A DNA stretch of 64,000 nt from Eledone cirrhosa (GCA_964016885.1 OZ024741.1:156364001-156428000), one strand, 5' to 3'. Shown: positions 13,601 through 28,600, counted from the first letter of the stretch. Translations and numbers: made by a program. Notes: a model not told the origin generated them from the sequence alone.

Positions 13601-16600
13601 GTTGAGCCGTTTTTTATTTGGGTGCATCGTTTTTTTATTTGGGTGCCCCGTTTTTTATTTGGGTACGCCATTTTTTTATTTTCGTGTCCCGTTCTTTATT
13701 TGGGTGCCACGTTTTCTATTTAGGGGGTGTCCGTATTTTATTTGCGTGACGCGTTGTTTATTGGGCGGGACCGTTTTTTATTTGGGTGACGCGTTTTTTA
13801 TTTGGGTGCCCCGTTTTTTATTTGGATGCCCTGTTTTTTTATTTTGGTGCCACGTTTTTTATTGGCGCCATCCTGTTTTTTATTTGGGTGCCCCGTTCTT
13901 TTTATTTTGGTGTGCCGTTCTTTATTTCGGTGCCACGTTTTTTATTTAGGGGAGTCCGTATTTTATTTGTGTGACGCGTTTTTTATTGGGGGAGTCCGTT
14001 TTTTATTTGGGTGCCCCGTTTTTTTATTTGGGTGACGCGTTTTTTATTTGGGTGCCCCGTTTTTTATTTGGGTGCCCAGTTTTTTATTTGGGTGCCCGTT
14101 TTTTTTATTTTGGTGTCAGGTTTTTTATTGGCGCTGTCCGTTTTTCATTTGGGTGCCCCGTTTTTTTTATTTTGGTGTCCCGTTCTTTATTTGGGTGCCA
14201 CGTTTTTTATTTAGGGGTGTCCGTATTTTATTTGTGTGACCCGTTTTTTATTGGGGGGGGGGTCCGTTTTTTATTTGGCTGACGCGTTTTTTATTTGGGT
14301 GCCCCGTTTTTTTTATTTGGGTGACGCGTTTTTTATTTGGGTGCCCCGTATTTTTATTTGGGAATTCCGTTTTATATTTGGGTGCCCCGTTTTATATTTG
14401 GGTGCCTCGTTTCATATTTGTGTTCCCCGTTTTTTATGGTGTGGTCCGTTTTTTATTTGGGTGTCCGTTTTTTAGGGCGGAGTCCGTTTTTTATTTGGGT
14501 GCCCCGTTTTTTATTTGGATGCCTGTTTTTGATTGAGGGAGCTCCGTTTTTTTATTTGGGTGACCGTTTTTTGTTGGGGGGGTGTTTTTTATTTGGGTGC
14601 CCCGTTTTTTATTTGTCTGCCCAGTTTTTTTATTTTGGTGCCCCGTTTCTTTATTTGGGTGCCCCGTTTTTTCATTTGGGTGACGCGTTTTTTATTTGGG
14701 TGCCCCGTTTTTTTTTATTTTGGTACTACGTTTTTTATTGGCGCTATCCGTTTTTTATTTGGGTGCCCCGTTTTTTTATTTTGGTGTCCCGTTCTTTATT
14801 TGTGTGCCACGTTTTTATTTAGGGGTGTCCGTATTTTATTTGTGTGACGCGTTTTTTATTGGAGGGGTCCGTTTTTTATTTGGGTGACACGTTTTTTATT
14901 TGGGTGCCTCGTTTTTTTATTTGGGTGACGCGTTTTTTATTTGGGTGCCCCGTTTTTTTATTTGGGTGACGCGTTTTTTATTTGGGTTCCCCGTATTTTA
15001 ATTTGGGAATTCTGTTTTTTATTAGGGTGGCCGTTTTTTATTGGGGCGGGGTTCGTTTTTTATTTGAGTGTCCTGTTTTTTATTTGGGTGCTCCGTTTTT
15101 TATTTGGATGCCCCGTTTTTTATTGGGGAGGAGTCCGTTTTTTATTGGGGGGAGTCCGTTTTTCCTTTGTGTGCCCCGTTTTTTGAGGGGTCCGTTTTTT
15201 ATTTGGGTGCCCCGTTTTATATTTGGGTGCCCCGTTTTTTATTTGTGTGCCCCGTTTTTTATTTGTGTGCCCCGTTTTTTATTTGGGTTCCACGTTTTTT
15301 ATTTAGGGGGGGTCCGTATTTGATTTGTATGACGCGTTTTTTATTTGTGTGCCCCGTTTTTTATTGGGGAGTTGGTTTTTTATTGGGGGGAGTCCGTATT
15401 TTATTTGGATGCCCCGTTTTTTATTGAGGGGATCCGTTTTTTCATTTGGGTGCCCCGTTTTATATTTGGGTGCCCCGTTTTTTATTTGTGTGCCCCGGTT
15501 TTTATTTGTGTGCCCCGTTTTTTATTTGGGTCCCACGTTTTTTATTTAGGGGGGGTACGTATTTTATTTGTGTGACGCGTTTTTTATTTGGGTGCCCCGT
15601 TTTTTATTTGGGTCCCTGTTTTTAATGGGGGGCTGTTCCGTTTATTATTTGGGTACCCCGATTTTTATTTGGGTGCCCGTTTTTTATTTGGGTGCCCCGT
15701 TTTTTTATGGGGGGGGTCCGTTTTTTATTTGGGTGCCCCGTTTTTTTTTATTGGGGTGTCCGTTTTTTATTTGGGTGACCCGTTTTTTATTTGGGTGCCC
15801 CGTTTTTTTATGGGGGGGTCCGTTTTTTATTTGGCTGCCCCGTTTTTTTATGGGGGGGTCCGTTTTTTATTTGGGTGTCCTGTTTTTTTATGGGGGGGGT
15901 CCGTTATTTATTTGGGTGACCCGTTTTTCATGGGGGGTCCGTTTCTTATTTGGATTCCCCGTTTTTTATTTGGGTGCCCCGTTGTTTTATGGGTGGTCCG
16001 TTATTTATTTGGGTGCCCCGTTTTTTATTTGGGTGCCCCGTTATTTTATGGGGTGTCCGTTTTTTATTTGGGTGCCCCGTTTTTTATTTGGGTGCCCCGT
16101 TTTTTATTTGTGTGCCCAGTTTTTTATTTTGGTGCCCCGTTTCTTTATTTGGGTGCCCCGTTTTTTCATTTGGGTGACGCGTTTTTTATTTGGGTGCCCC
16201 GTTTTTTTTTATTTTGGTACTACGTTTTTTATTGGCGCTATCCGTTTTTTATTTGGGTGCCCCGTTTTTTTATTTTGGTGTCCCGTTCTTTATTTGTGTG
16301 CCCCGTTTTTTATTTGGAGGGTTCGTTATTTATTTGGGTGCCCCATTTTTTATTTGGGTGCCCCATTTTTTGGGGGGGGGTCCGTCTTTTATGTGGGTGC
16401 CCCGTTTTTAATGGGGGGTCCGTTTTTTATTTGGGTGCCCCGTTTTTTTCTGGGGGGTTCCGTTTTTTATTTGGGTGCCCCGTTTTTTCATGGGTGTCCG
16501 TTTTTCATTTGGGTGCCCCGTTTTTTATTTTGGTGCCCCGTTTTCTATTTGGGTGTCCCGTTTTTTTATGGGGTGCCCGTTTTTTATTTGGGGGCCCCGT

Positions 16601-19600
16601 TTTATATTTGGGTGCCCCGTTTTTTATGGGGAGGCCGTTTTTTATTTGGCTGCCCCGTGTTTTATTTGGGCCCCCCGTTTTTTTTATGGGGGGTTCGCTT
16701 TTTATATGGGTGCCCTATTCTTTATTTGGGTGCCCCGTTTTTATTTGGGTGCCCCGTTTTTTTAAGGGGCGGTCCGTTTTTTATTTGGGTGCCGCGTTTT
16801 TTATGGGGGGTCCGTTTTTTACTTAGGTGCCCCGTTTTTTATTTGGGGTGGTCCGTTTTTTTTATTTAGTTGCCCCGTTTTTTTAAGGGGGGTACGTTTT
16901 TTTATTTGGGTGCCCCGGTTTTTTATGGGGGGGTCCGTTTTTTATTTGGGTGCCCCGTTTTTTATTGGGATGTCCGTTTTTTATTTGGGTGCCCCGTTTT
17001 TTATTTGGGTGCCCCGTTTTTTATGGGGGGGTCCGTTTTTTAATTGGGCGACCCGTTTTTCTATGTGGGGGGGTCCGTTTTTATCTGGGTGCCCCGTTTT
17101 TTATTTGGGTGCCCGTTTTTTATGGGGGGTCTGTTTTTTATTTGGAGGGGTCCGTTATTTATTTGGGTGCCCCATTTTTTGTTTGGGTGCCCCGTTTTGG
17201 GGCGGTCCGTTTTTTATTTGGGTGCCCCTTTCATTATGGGGTGGTCCGTTTTTTAATTGGGTGCCTCGTTTTTTTATGGGGGGTCCGTTTTTTATTTGGT
17301 CGCCCCGTTTTTTATTTGGGGTGGTCCGTTTTTTATTTGGTTGCCCCGCTTTTTAATTGGGTGACCCGTTTTTCTATGTGGGGGGTCCGTTTTTATTTGG
17401 GTGCCCCGTTTTTTATTTGGGTGCCCGTTTTTTATTTGGGTTCCCGTTTTTTATGGGGGGTCCGTTTTTTATTTGGGTGCCCCGCTTTTTTTATGGGGCG
17501 GGTTCGTTTTTTATTTGGGTGCCCCTTTCTTTATGGGGGGTCCGTTTTGTAATTGGGTGCCCCGTTTTTTTTATGGGGGGTCCGTTTTTTATTTGGGTGC
17601 CCCTGTTTTTTATTTGGGTGCCCCGTTTTTTATTTTTGTGCCTCGTTTTTTACTTCGGTGCCCCGTTTTTTATTTCGGTGTCCAGTTTTTTATGGGGGTC
17701 CGTTTTTTATTTGGGTGCCCCGTTTTTTTATGGGGTTTCCGTTTTTTATTTGGGTGCCCCGTTTTTTATTTGGGTGCTCCGTTTTTTATTTGGAGGGTCC
17801 GTTATTTATTTGGGTGCCCCGTTTTTTTTTGGGGGGTCCGTCTTTTATTTGGGTGCCCCGTTTTTTATTTGGGTGCCCCGTTTTTTTTTATTGGGGTGTC
17901 CGTTTTTTATTTGGGTGACCCGTTTTTTATTTGGGTGCCCCGTTTTTTTATGGGGGGGTCCGTTTTTTATTTGGCTGCCCCGTTTTTTTATGGGGGGGTC
18001 CGTTTTTTATTTGGGTGTCCTGTTTTTTTATGGGGGGGGTCCGTTATTTATTTGGGTGACCCGTTTTTCATGGGGGGTCCGTTTCTTATTTGGATTCCCC
18101 GTTTTTTATTTGGGTGCCCCGTTGTTTTATGGGTGGTCCGTTATTTATTTGGGTGCCCCGTTTTTTATTTGGGTGCCCCGTTATTTTATGGGGTGTCCGT
18201 TTTTTATTTGGGTGCCCCGTTTTTTATTTGGGTGCCCCGTTTTTTATTTGTGTGCCCAGTTTTTTATTTTGGTGCCCCGTTTCTTTATTTGGGTGCCCCG
18301 TTTTTTCATTTGGGTGACGCGTTTTTTATTTGGGTGCCCCGTTTTTTTTTATTTTGGTACTACGTTTTTTATTGGCGCTATCCGTTTTTTATTTGGGTGC
18401 CCCGTTTTTTTATTTTGGTGTCCCGTTCTTTATTTGTGTGCCCCGTTTTTTATTTGGAGGGTTCGTTATTTATTTGGGTGCCCCATTTTTTATTTGGGTG
18501 CCCCATTTTTGGGGGGTGTCCGTCTTTTATGTGGGTGCCCCGTTTTTAATGGGGGGTCCGTTTTTTATTTGGGTGCCCCGTTTTTTTCTGGGGGGTTCCG
18601 TTTTTTATTTGGGTGCCCCGTTTTTTCATGGGTGTCCGTTTTTCATTTGGGTGCCCCGTTTTTTATTTTGGTGCCCCGTTTTCTATTTGGGTGTCCCGTT
18701 TTTTTATGGGGTGCCCGTTTTTTATTTGGGGGCCCCGTTTTATATTTGGGTGCCCCGTTTTTTATGGGGAGGCCGTTTTTTATTTGGCTGCCCCGTGTTT
18801 TATTTGGGCCCCCCGTTTTTTTTATGGGGGGTTCGCTTTTTATATGGGTGCCCCGTTCTTTATTTGGGTGCCCCGTTTTTATTTGGGTGCCCCGTTTTTT
18901 TAAGGGGCGGTCCGTTTTTTATTTGGGTGACCTGTTTTTTTATGGGGGGTCCGTTTTTTATTTTGGTGCCGCGTTTTTTATGGGGGGTCCGTTTTTTACT
19001 TAGGTGCCCCGTTTTTTATTTGGGGTGGTCCGTTTTTTTATTTAGTTGCCCCGTTTTTTTAAGGGGGGTACGTTTTTTCATTTGGGTGCCCCGGTTTTTT
19101 ATGGGGGGGTCCGTTTTTTATTTGGGTGACCCGTTTTTTATTGGGATGTCCGTTTTTTATTTGGGTGCCCCGTTTTTTATTTGGGTGCCCCGTTTTTTAT
19201 GGGGGGGTCCGTTTTTTAATTGGGCGACCCGTTTTTCTATGTGGGGGGGTCCGTTTTTATTTGGGTGCCCCGTTTTTTATTTGGGTGCCCGTTTTTTATG
19301 GGGGGTCTGTTTTTTATTTGGGTGCCCTGTTTTTTATTTGGAGGGGTCCGTTATTTATTTGGGTGCCCCATTTTTTGTTTGGGTGCCCCGTTTTGGGGCG
19401 GTCCGTTTTTTATTTGGGTGCCCCTTTCATTATGGGGTGGTCCCGTTTTTTAATTTGGTGCCTCGTTTTTTTATGGGGGGTCCGTTTTTTATTTGGTCGC
19501 CCCGTTTTTTATTTGGGGTGGTCCGTTTTATATTTGGTTGCCCCGCTTTTTAATTGGGTGACCCGTTTTTCTATGTGGGGGGTCCGTTTTTATTTGGGTG

Positions 19601-22600
19601 CCCCGTTTTTTATTTGGGTGCCCGTTTTTTATTTGGGTTCCCGTTTTTTATGGGGGGTCCGTTTTTTATTTGGGTGCCCCGTTTTTTTTATGGGGTGGGT
19701 TCGTTTTTTATTTGGGTGCCCCTTTCTTTATGGGGGGTCCGTTTTGTAATTGGGTGCCCCGTTTTTTTTATGGGGGGTCCGTTTTTTATTTGGGTGCCCC
19801 TGTTTTTTATTTGGGTGCCCCGTTTTTTATTTTTGTGCCTCGTTTTTTACTTCGGTGCCCCGTTTTTTATTTCGGTGTCCAGTTTTTTATGGGGGGTCCG
19901 TTTTTTATTTGGGTGCCCCTGTTTTTTATTTGGGTGCCCCGTTTTTTATTTTTGTGCCTCGTTTTTTACTTCGGTGCCCCGTTTTTTATTTCGGTGTCCA
20001 GTTTTTTATGGGGTTTCCGTTTTTTATTTGGGTGCCCCGTTTTTTATTTGGGTGCTCCGTTTTTTATTTGGAGGGTCCGTTATTTATTTGGGTGCCCCAT
20101 TTTTTATTTGGGTGCCCCGTTTTTTTGGGGGGGTCCGTCTTTTATTTGGGTGCCCCGTTTTTTATTTGCGTGCCCCGTTTTTTATTTGCGAGCCCCGTTT
20201 TTTATTTGGGTACCCCGTTCTTTTATGGAGTGTTCGTTTTTTATTTGGGTGCCCCGTTCTTTATTTGGGTGCCCCGTTTTTATTTGGGTGCCCCGTTCTT
20301 TTATGGGGGGGTCCGTTTTTTATTTGGGTGCCCCGTTTTTTATGGGGGGGGTCCGTTTTTTATTTGGATGCCCCGTTTTTTTATGGGGGGGTCCGTTTTT
20401 TATTTGGGTGCCCCGATTTATTATGGGGGGGGTTCGAATTTTATTTGGGTGCCCCGTTTTTTTATGGGGCGGTGTCCGTTTTTTATTTAGGTGCCCCGTT
20501 TTTTATGGAGGGGGTCCGTTTTTTATTTGGATGCCCCGTTTTTTTATGGAGGGGGTCCGTTTTTTATTTGGGTGCCCCGTTTTTTTATGGGGAGTCCATT
20601 TTTTATTTGGCTGCCCCGCTTTTTAATTGGGTGACCCGTTTTTCTATGTGGGGGGTCCGTTTTTATTTGGGTGCCCCGTTTTTTATTTGGGTGCCCCGTT
20701 TTTTATTTGGGTGCCCGTTTTTTATGGGGGGTCCGTTTTTTATTTGGGTGCCCCGTTTTTTTTATGGGGCGGGTTCGTTTTTTATTTGGGTGCCCCTTTC
20801 TTTATGGGGGGTCCGTTTTGTAATTGGGTGCCCCTTTTTTATGGAGGTCCGTTTTTTATTTGGGTGCCCCTGTATTTTATTTGGGTGCCCCGTTTTTTAT
20901 TTTTGTGCCTCGTTTGTTATTTCAGTGTCCAGTTTTTTATGGGTGTCCGTTTTTTATTTGGGTGCCCCGTTTTTTATTTGGGTGCTCCGTTTTTTATTTG
21001 GAGGGTCCGTTATTTATTTGGGTGCCCCATTTTTTATTTGGGTGCCCCGTTCTTTTGGGGTGGTCCGTCTTTTATTTGGGTGCCCCGTTTTTTATTTGCG
21101 TGCCCCGTTTTTTATTTGCGAGCCCCGTTTTTTATTTGGGTCCCCGTGTTTTATTTGGGTGCCCCCTTTTTTTATGGGGGGTCCGTTTTTTATTTGGGTG
21201 CCCCGTTTTTTAATTGGGCGACCCGTTTTTCTACGTGGGGGGGTCCGTTTTTATTTGGGTGCCCCGTTTTTATTTAGTTGCCCCGTTTTTTTAAGGGGGG
21301 TACGTTTTTTTATTTGGGTGCCCCGGTTTTTTATGGGAGGTCCGTTTTTTATTTGGGTGCCCCGTTTTTTATTGGGGTGTCCGTTTTTTATTTGGGTGCC
21401 CCGTGTTTTATTTGGGTGCCCCGTTTTTTATGGGGGGGTCCGTTTTTTTATTGGGCGACCCGTTTTTCTATGTGGGGGGGTCCGTTTTTATTTGGGTGCC
21501 CTTTTTTTTATTTGGGTGCCCGTTTTTTATGGGGGGTCCGTTTTCTATTAGGGTGCCCCTTTTTTTACGGGGGGTCCGTTTTTTATTTGGATTCCCCGTT
21601 TTTTATTTGGGTGCCCCGTTTTTTTATGGGGGGTCCGTTATTTATTTGGGTTCCCCCTTATTTATGGGGGTCCGTTTTTTATTTGGGTGCCCCGTTTTTT
21701 AATGGGGGGTCCGTTTTTTATTTGGGTGCCCCGTTATTTTATGGGGGGGTCTGTTTTTTATTTGGGTGCCCTGTTTTTTATTTGGAGGGGTCCGTTATTT
21801 ATTTGGGTGCCCCATTTTTTGTTTGGGTGCCCCGTTTTGGGGCGGTCCGTTTTTTATTTGGGTGCCCCTTTCATTATGGGGTGGTCCGTTTTTTAATTGG
21901 GTGCCTCGTTTTTGTATGGGGTGTCCGTTTTTTATTTGAGTGCCCCGTTGTTTACTTCGGTGCCCCGTTTTTTATTTCGGTGTCCAGTTGTTTATGGGGG
22001 GTCCGTTTTTTATTTGGTCGCCCCGTTTTTTATTTGGGGTGGTCCGTTTTTTATTTGGTTGCCCCGCTTTTTAATTGGTTGACCCGTTTTTCTATGTGGG
22101 GGGTCCGTTTTTATTTGGGTGCCCCGTTTTTTATTTGGGTGCCCGTTTTTTATTTGGGTTCCCGTTTTTTATGGGGGGTCCGTTTTTTATTTGGGTACCC
22201 CGTTTTTTTTATGGGGCGGGTTCGTTTTTTATTTGGGTGCCCCTTTCTTTATGGGGGGGTCCGTTTTGTAATTGGGTGCCCCGTTTTTTTATGGGGGGTC
22301 CGTTTTTTATTTGGGTGCCCCTGTTTTTTATTTGGGTGCCCCGTTTTTTATTTTTGTGCCTCGTTTTTTATTTCGGTGCCCGGTTTTTTTATTTCGGTGT
22401 CCAGTTTTTTATGGGGGTCCGTATTTTATTTGGGGCCCCCGTTTTTTTATGGGGTGTCCGTTTTCTATTTGGGTGCCCCGTTTTTTATTTGGGTGCTCCG
22501 TTTTTTATTTGGAGGGTCCGTTATTTATTTGGGTGCCCCATTTTTTATTTGGGTGCCCCGTTTTTTGGGGGGCGTCCGTCTTTTATTTGGGTGCCCCGTT

Positions 22601-25600
22601 TTTTATTTGCGTGCCCCGTTTTTTATTTGCGAGCCCCGTTTTTTATTTGGGTACCCCGTTCTTTTATGGAGTGTTCGTTTTTTATTTGGATGCCCCGTTC
22701 TTTATTTGGGTGCCCCGTTTTTATTTGGGTGCCCCGTTTTTTTAAGGGGGGTCCGTTTTTTATTCGGGAGCCCCGTTTTTTTATGGGGGTTCCGTTTTTT
22801 ATTTGGGTGCCCCGTTTTTATTTGGGTACCCCTTTTTTATGGGGGGTCCGTTTTTTATTTGGGTGCCCCATTTTTTGTTTGGGTGCCCCGTTTTGGGGGG
22901 GTCCGTTTTTTATTTGGGTGCCTCGTTTTTTTATGGGGGGTCTGTTTTTTATTTGGATGCCACGTTTTTTATGGGGTGGTCCGTTTTTTATTTGGGTGCC
23001 CCGTTTTTTTTATGGGGGGGTCCGTTTTTTATTTGGGTGCCCCGATTAATTATGAGTTGGGGGGTTCGATTTTTATTTGGGTGCCCCGTTCTTTTATGGG
23101 GGGGTCCGTTTTTTATTTGGGTGCCCCGTTTTTTATGGGGGGGGGTCCGTTTTTTATTTGGATGCCCCGTTTTTTTATGGGGGGGGTCCGTTTTTTATTT
23201 GGGTGCCCCGATTTATTATGGGGGGGGGTTCGAATTTTATATGGGTGCCCCGTTTTTTTATGGGGCGGTGTCCGTTTTTTATTTAGGTGCCCCGTTTTTT
23301 TATGGAGGGGGTCCGTTTTTTATTTGGGTGCCCCGTTTTTTTATGGGGAGTCCATTTTTTATTTGGCTGCCCCGCTTTTTAATTGGGTGACCCGTTTTTC
23401 TATGTGGGGGTCCGTTTTTATTTGGGTGCCCCGTTTTTTATTTGGGTGCCCCGTTTTTTATTTGGGTGCCCGTTTTTTATGGGGGTCCGTTTTGTAATTG
23501 GGTGCCCCTTTTTTTATGGGGGTCCGTTTTTTATTTGGGTGCCCCTGTTTTTTATTTGGGTGCCCCGTTTTTTATTTTTGTGCCTCGTTTGTTATTTCGG
23601 TGTCCAGTTTTTTATGGGGTCCGTTTTTTATTTGGGTGCCCCGTTTTATTATGGGGTGTCCGTTTTTTATTTGTGTGCCCCGTTTTTTATTTGGATGCTC
23701 CGTTTTTTATTTGGAGGGTCCGTTATTTATTTGGGTGCCCCATCTTTTATTTGGGTGCCCCGTTTTTTTGGGGGGGTCCGTCTTTTATTTGGGTGCCCCG
23801 TTTTTTATTTGCGTGCCCCGTTTTTTATTTGCGAGCCCCGTTTTTTATTTGGGTCCCCGTGTTTTATTTGGGTGCCCCGTTTTTTATGGGGGGTCCGTTT
23901 TTTATTTGGGTGCCCCGTTTTTTAATTGGGCGACCCGTTTTTCTATGTGGGGGGGTCCGTTTTTATTTGGGTGCCCCGTTTTTTATTTGGGTGCCCGTTT
24001 TTTATGGGGGGTCCGTTTTTTATTTGGGTGCCCCGTTTTTTTATGGGGGGGGGTCCGTTTTTTATTTGGATTCCCCGTTTTTTATTTGGGTGCCCCGTTT
24101 TTTTATGGGGGGTCCGTTATTTATTTGGGTTCCCTCTTTTTTATGGGGGTCCGTTTTTTATTTGGGTGCCCCGTTATTTTATGGGGGGGGTCTGTTTTTT
24201 ATTTGGGTGCCCCGTTTTTTATTTGGAGGGGTCCGTTATTTATTTGGGTGCCCCATTTTTTGTTTGGGTGCCCCGTTCTGGGGCGGTCCGTTTTTTATTT
24301 GGGTACCCCTTTCATTATGGGGTGGTCCGTTTTTTAATTGGGTGCCTCGTTTTTTTATGGGGTGTCCGTTTTTTATTTGAGTGCCCCGTTATTTATTTCG
24401 GTGCCGCGTTTTTTATTTCGGTGTCCAGTTGTTTATGGGGGGTCCGTTTTTTATTTGGGTGCCCCTTTATTTATGGGGGGGGTCCGTTTTGTAATTGGGT
24501 GCCCCTTTTTTATGGGGGGTCCGTTTTTTATTTGGGTGCCCCGTTTTTTTATGGGGGGTCCGTTATTTATTTGGGTTCCCCCTTTTTTATGGGGGTCCGT
24601 TTTTTATTTGGTTGCCCCTTTTTTATGGGGGGTCCGTTTTTTACTTGGATGCCCCTTTTTTATGGGGGGTCCGTTTTTTATTTGGGTGCCCCGTTTTTTA
24701 TTTTTGTGCCTCCTCTTTTATTTCGGTGCCCCGTTTTTTATTTCGGTGTCCAGTTTTTTATGGGGGTCCGTTTTTTATTTGGGTGTCCCGTTTTTTTATG
24801 GGGTGTCCGTTTTTTATTTGGGTGCCCCGTTTTTTATTTGGGTGCTCCGTTTTTTATTTGGAAGGTCCGTTATTTATTTGGGTGCCCCATTTTTTATTTG
24901 GGTGCCCCTTTTTGTTTGGGGGGGGTCCGTCTTTTATTTGGGTACCCCGTTTTTTATTTGCGTGCCCCGCTTTTTTATGGGGGGTCTGTTTTTTATTTAG
25001 ATGCCACGTTTTTTATTGGGGGGGGGTCCGTTTTTTATGGGGGTTCCGTTTTTTATTTGGATGCCCCGTTTTTTATGGGGGGGGGTCCGTTCTTTATTTG
25101 GGTGCCCCATTTTTTTTATGGGGGGGTCTGTTTTTTATTTGGGTGCCCCGATTTATTATGGGTGGGGGGGGGGTCGAATTTTATTTGGGTGCCCCGTTTT
25201 TTTATGGGGCGGTGTCCGTTTTTTATTTAGGTGCCCCGTTTTTTTATGGAGGGGGTCCGTTTCCTATTTGGGTGCCCCGTTTTTTTATGGGGGGTCCGTT
25301 TTTTATTTGGGTGCCCCGGTATTTTATGGGGGGTCCGTTTTTTATTTGGCTGCCCCGCTTTTTAATTGGGTAACCCGTTTTTCTATGTGGGGGGGTCCGT
25401 TTTTATTTGGATGCCCCGTTTTTTATTTGGGTGCCCCGTTTTTTATTTGGGTGCCCGTTTTTTACGGGGGGTCCGTTTTTTATTTGGGTGCCCCGTTTTT
25501 TTTATGGGGCGGGTTCGTTTCTTATTTGGGTGCCCCTTTCTTTATGGGGGGGTCCGTTTTGTAATTGGGTGCCCCTTTTTTATGGGGGCTCCGTTTTTTA

Positions 25601-28600
25601 TTTGGGAGTCCCGTTTTTTTATGGGGGGGTTCCGTTTTTTATTTGGATTACCCGTTTTTTATTTGGGTGCCCCGTTTTTTTATGGTGGGTCCGTTATTTA
25701 TTTGGGTTCCCCCTTTTTTATGGGGGTCCGTTTTTTATTTGGGTGCCCCATTTTTTAATGGGGCGGTCCGTTTTTTACTTGGGTGACCCTTTTTTATGGG
25801 GGGTCCGTTTTTATTTGGGTGCCCCGTTATTTTATGGGGGGGTCTGTTTTTTATTTGGGTGCCCCGTTTTTTATTTGGAGGGGTTCGTTATTTATTTGGG
25901 TGCCCCATTTTTTGTTTGCGTGCCCCGTTTTGGGGCGGTCCGTTTTTTATTTGGGTACCCCTTTCATTATGGGGTGGTCCGTTTTTTAATTGGGTGCCTC
26001 GTTTTTTTATGGGGTGTCCGTTTTTTATTTGAGTGCCCCGTTATTTATTTCGGTGCCGCGTTTTTTATTTCGGTGTCCAGTTGTTTATGGGGGGTCCGTT
26101 TTTTATTTGGGTGCCCCTGTTTTTTATTTGGGTGCCCCGTTTTTTATTTTTGTGCCTCGTTTTTTATTTCGGTGCCCCGTTTTTTATTTCGGTGTCCAGT
26201 TTTTTATGGGGGTCCGTTTTTTATTTGGGTGCCCCGTTCTTTTATGGGGTTTGCGTTTTTTATTTGGGTGCCCCGTTTTTTATTTGGGTGCTCCGTTTTT
26301 TATTTGGAAGGTCCGTTATTTATTTGGGTGCCTCATTTTTTATTTGGGTGCCCCGTTTTGGGGGGGTGGGTCCGAATTTTATTTGGGTGCCCCGTTTTTT
26401 ATTTGCGTGCCCCGTTTTTTATTTGCGAGCCCCGTTTTTTATTTGGGTACCCCGTTCTTTTATGGAATGTTCGTTTTTTATTTGGGTGCCCCGTTCTTTA
26501 TTTGGGTGCCCCGTTTTTATTTGGGTGCCCCATTATTTTAAGGGGGGTCCGTTTTTTATTCGGGAGCCCCGTTTTTATATGGGGGGTCCGTTTTTTATTT
26601 GGGTGCCCCGTTTTCATTTGGGTGCCCCTTTTTTATGGGGGGTCCGTTTTTTATTTGGGTGCCCCGTTTTGGGGGGGTCCGTTTTTTAATTGGGTGCCTC
26701 GTTTTTTTATGGGGGGTCTGTTTTTTATTTGGATGCCACGTTTTTTATTGGGGGGGTCCGTTTTTTATTTGGGTGGCTCGTTTTCTATGTGGGGGTCCGT
26801 TTTTTATTTGGGTGCCCCGTTTTTTTTTATGGGGGGGTCCGTTTTTTATTTGGGTGCCCCGATTTATTATGGGGGGGGGTTCGATTTTTATTTGGGTGCC
26901 CCGTTCTTTTATGGGGGGGGTCCGTTTTTTATTTGGGTGCCCCGTTTTTTATGGGGGGGGGTCCGTTTTTTATGGGGGTTCCGTTTTTTATTTGGATGCC
27001 CCGTTTTTTTATGGGGGGCGTCCGTTCTTTATTTGGGTGCCCCATTTTTTTTATGGGGGGGTCTGTTTTTTATTTGGGTGCCCCGATTTATTATGGGGGG
27101 GTTCGAATTTTATTTGGGTGCCCCGTTTTTTTATGGGGCGGTGTCCGTTTTTTATTTAGGTGCCCCGAATTTTTATGGAGGGGGTCCGTTTTTTATTTGG
27201 GTGCCCCGTTTTTTTATGGGGGGTCCGTTTTTTATTTGGGTGCCCCGGTATTTTATGGGGGGTCCGTTTTTTATTTGGCTGCCCCGCTTTTTAATTGGGT
27301 AACCCGTTTTTCTATGTGGGGGGTCCGTTTTTTATTTGGGTGCCCCGTTTTTTTTATGGGGCGGGTTCGTTTTTTATTTGGGTGCCCCTTTCTTTATGGG
27401 GGGGTCCGTTTTGTAATTGGGTGCCCCTTTTTTATGGGGGGTCCGTTTTTTATTTGGGTGCCCCGTTTTTTATGGGGGGGGGTCCGTTTTTTATTTGGAT
27501 TGCCCGTATTTTATTTGGGTGCCCCGTTTTTTTATGGGGGGTCCGTTATTTATTTGGGTTCCCCCTTTTTTATGGGGGTCCGTTTTTTATTTGGGTGCCC
27601 CATTTTTTAATGGGGCGGTCCGTTTTTTAATTGGGTGCCCTTTTTTTATGGGGGGTCCGTTTTTTATTTGGGTGCCCCGTTTTTTTATGGGGCGGTGTCC
27701 GTTTTTTATTTAGGTGCCCCGTTTTTTTATGGAGGGGGTCCGTTTTTTATTTGGGTGTCCCGTTTTTTTATGGGGGGTCCGTTTTTTATTTGGGTGCCCC
27801 GTTTTTTTTATGGGGCGGGTTCGTTTCTTATTTGGGTGCCCCTTTCTTTATGGGGGGGTCCGTTTTGTAATTGGGTGCCCCTTTTTTATGGGGGGTCCGT
27901 TTTTTATTTGGATTACCCGTTTTTTATTTGGGTGCCCCGTTTTTTTATGGGGGGTCCGTTATTTATTTGGGTTCCCCCTTTTTTATGGGGGTCCGTTTTT
28001 TATTTGGGTGCCCCATTTTTTAATGGGGCGGTCCGTTTTTTACTTGGGTGCCCTTTTTTTATGGGGGGTCCGTTTTTTATTTGGGTGCCCCTTTATTTTA
28101 TGGGGGGGTCTGTTTTTTATTTGGGTGCCCCGTTTTTTATTTGGAGGGGTCCGTTATTTATTTGGGTGCCCCATTTTTTGTTTGGGTGCCCCGTTTCGGG
28201 GCGGTCCGTTTTTTATTTGGGTGCCCCTTTCATTATGGTGTGGTCCGTTTTTTAATTGTGTGCCTCGTTTTATTATGGGGTGTCCGTTTTTTATTTGAGT
28301 GCCCCGTTTTTTATTTCGGTGCCCCGTTTTTTATTTCGGTGTGCAGTTGTTTATGGGGGGTCCGTTTTTTATTTGGGTGCCCCATTTTTTTTATGGGGTG
28401 GGTCTGTTTTTTATTTGGGTGCCCCGATCTATTATGGGGGGGGGGGGTTCGAATTTTATTTGGGTGCCCCGTTTTTTTTATGGGGCGGGTTCGTTTCTTA
28501 TTTGGGTGCCCTTTCTTTATGGGGGGGGGGTCCGTTTTGTAATTGGGTGCCCCTTTTTTATGGGGGGACCGTTTTTTATTTGGGTGCCCCGTTTTTTTAT

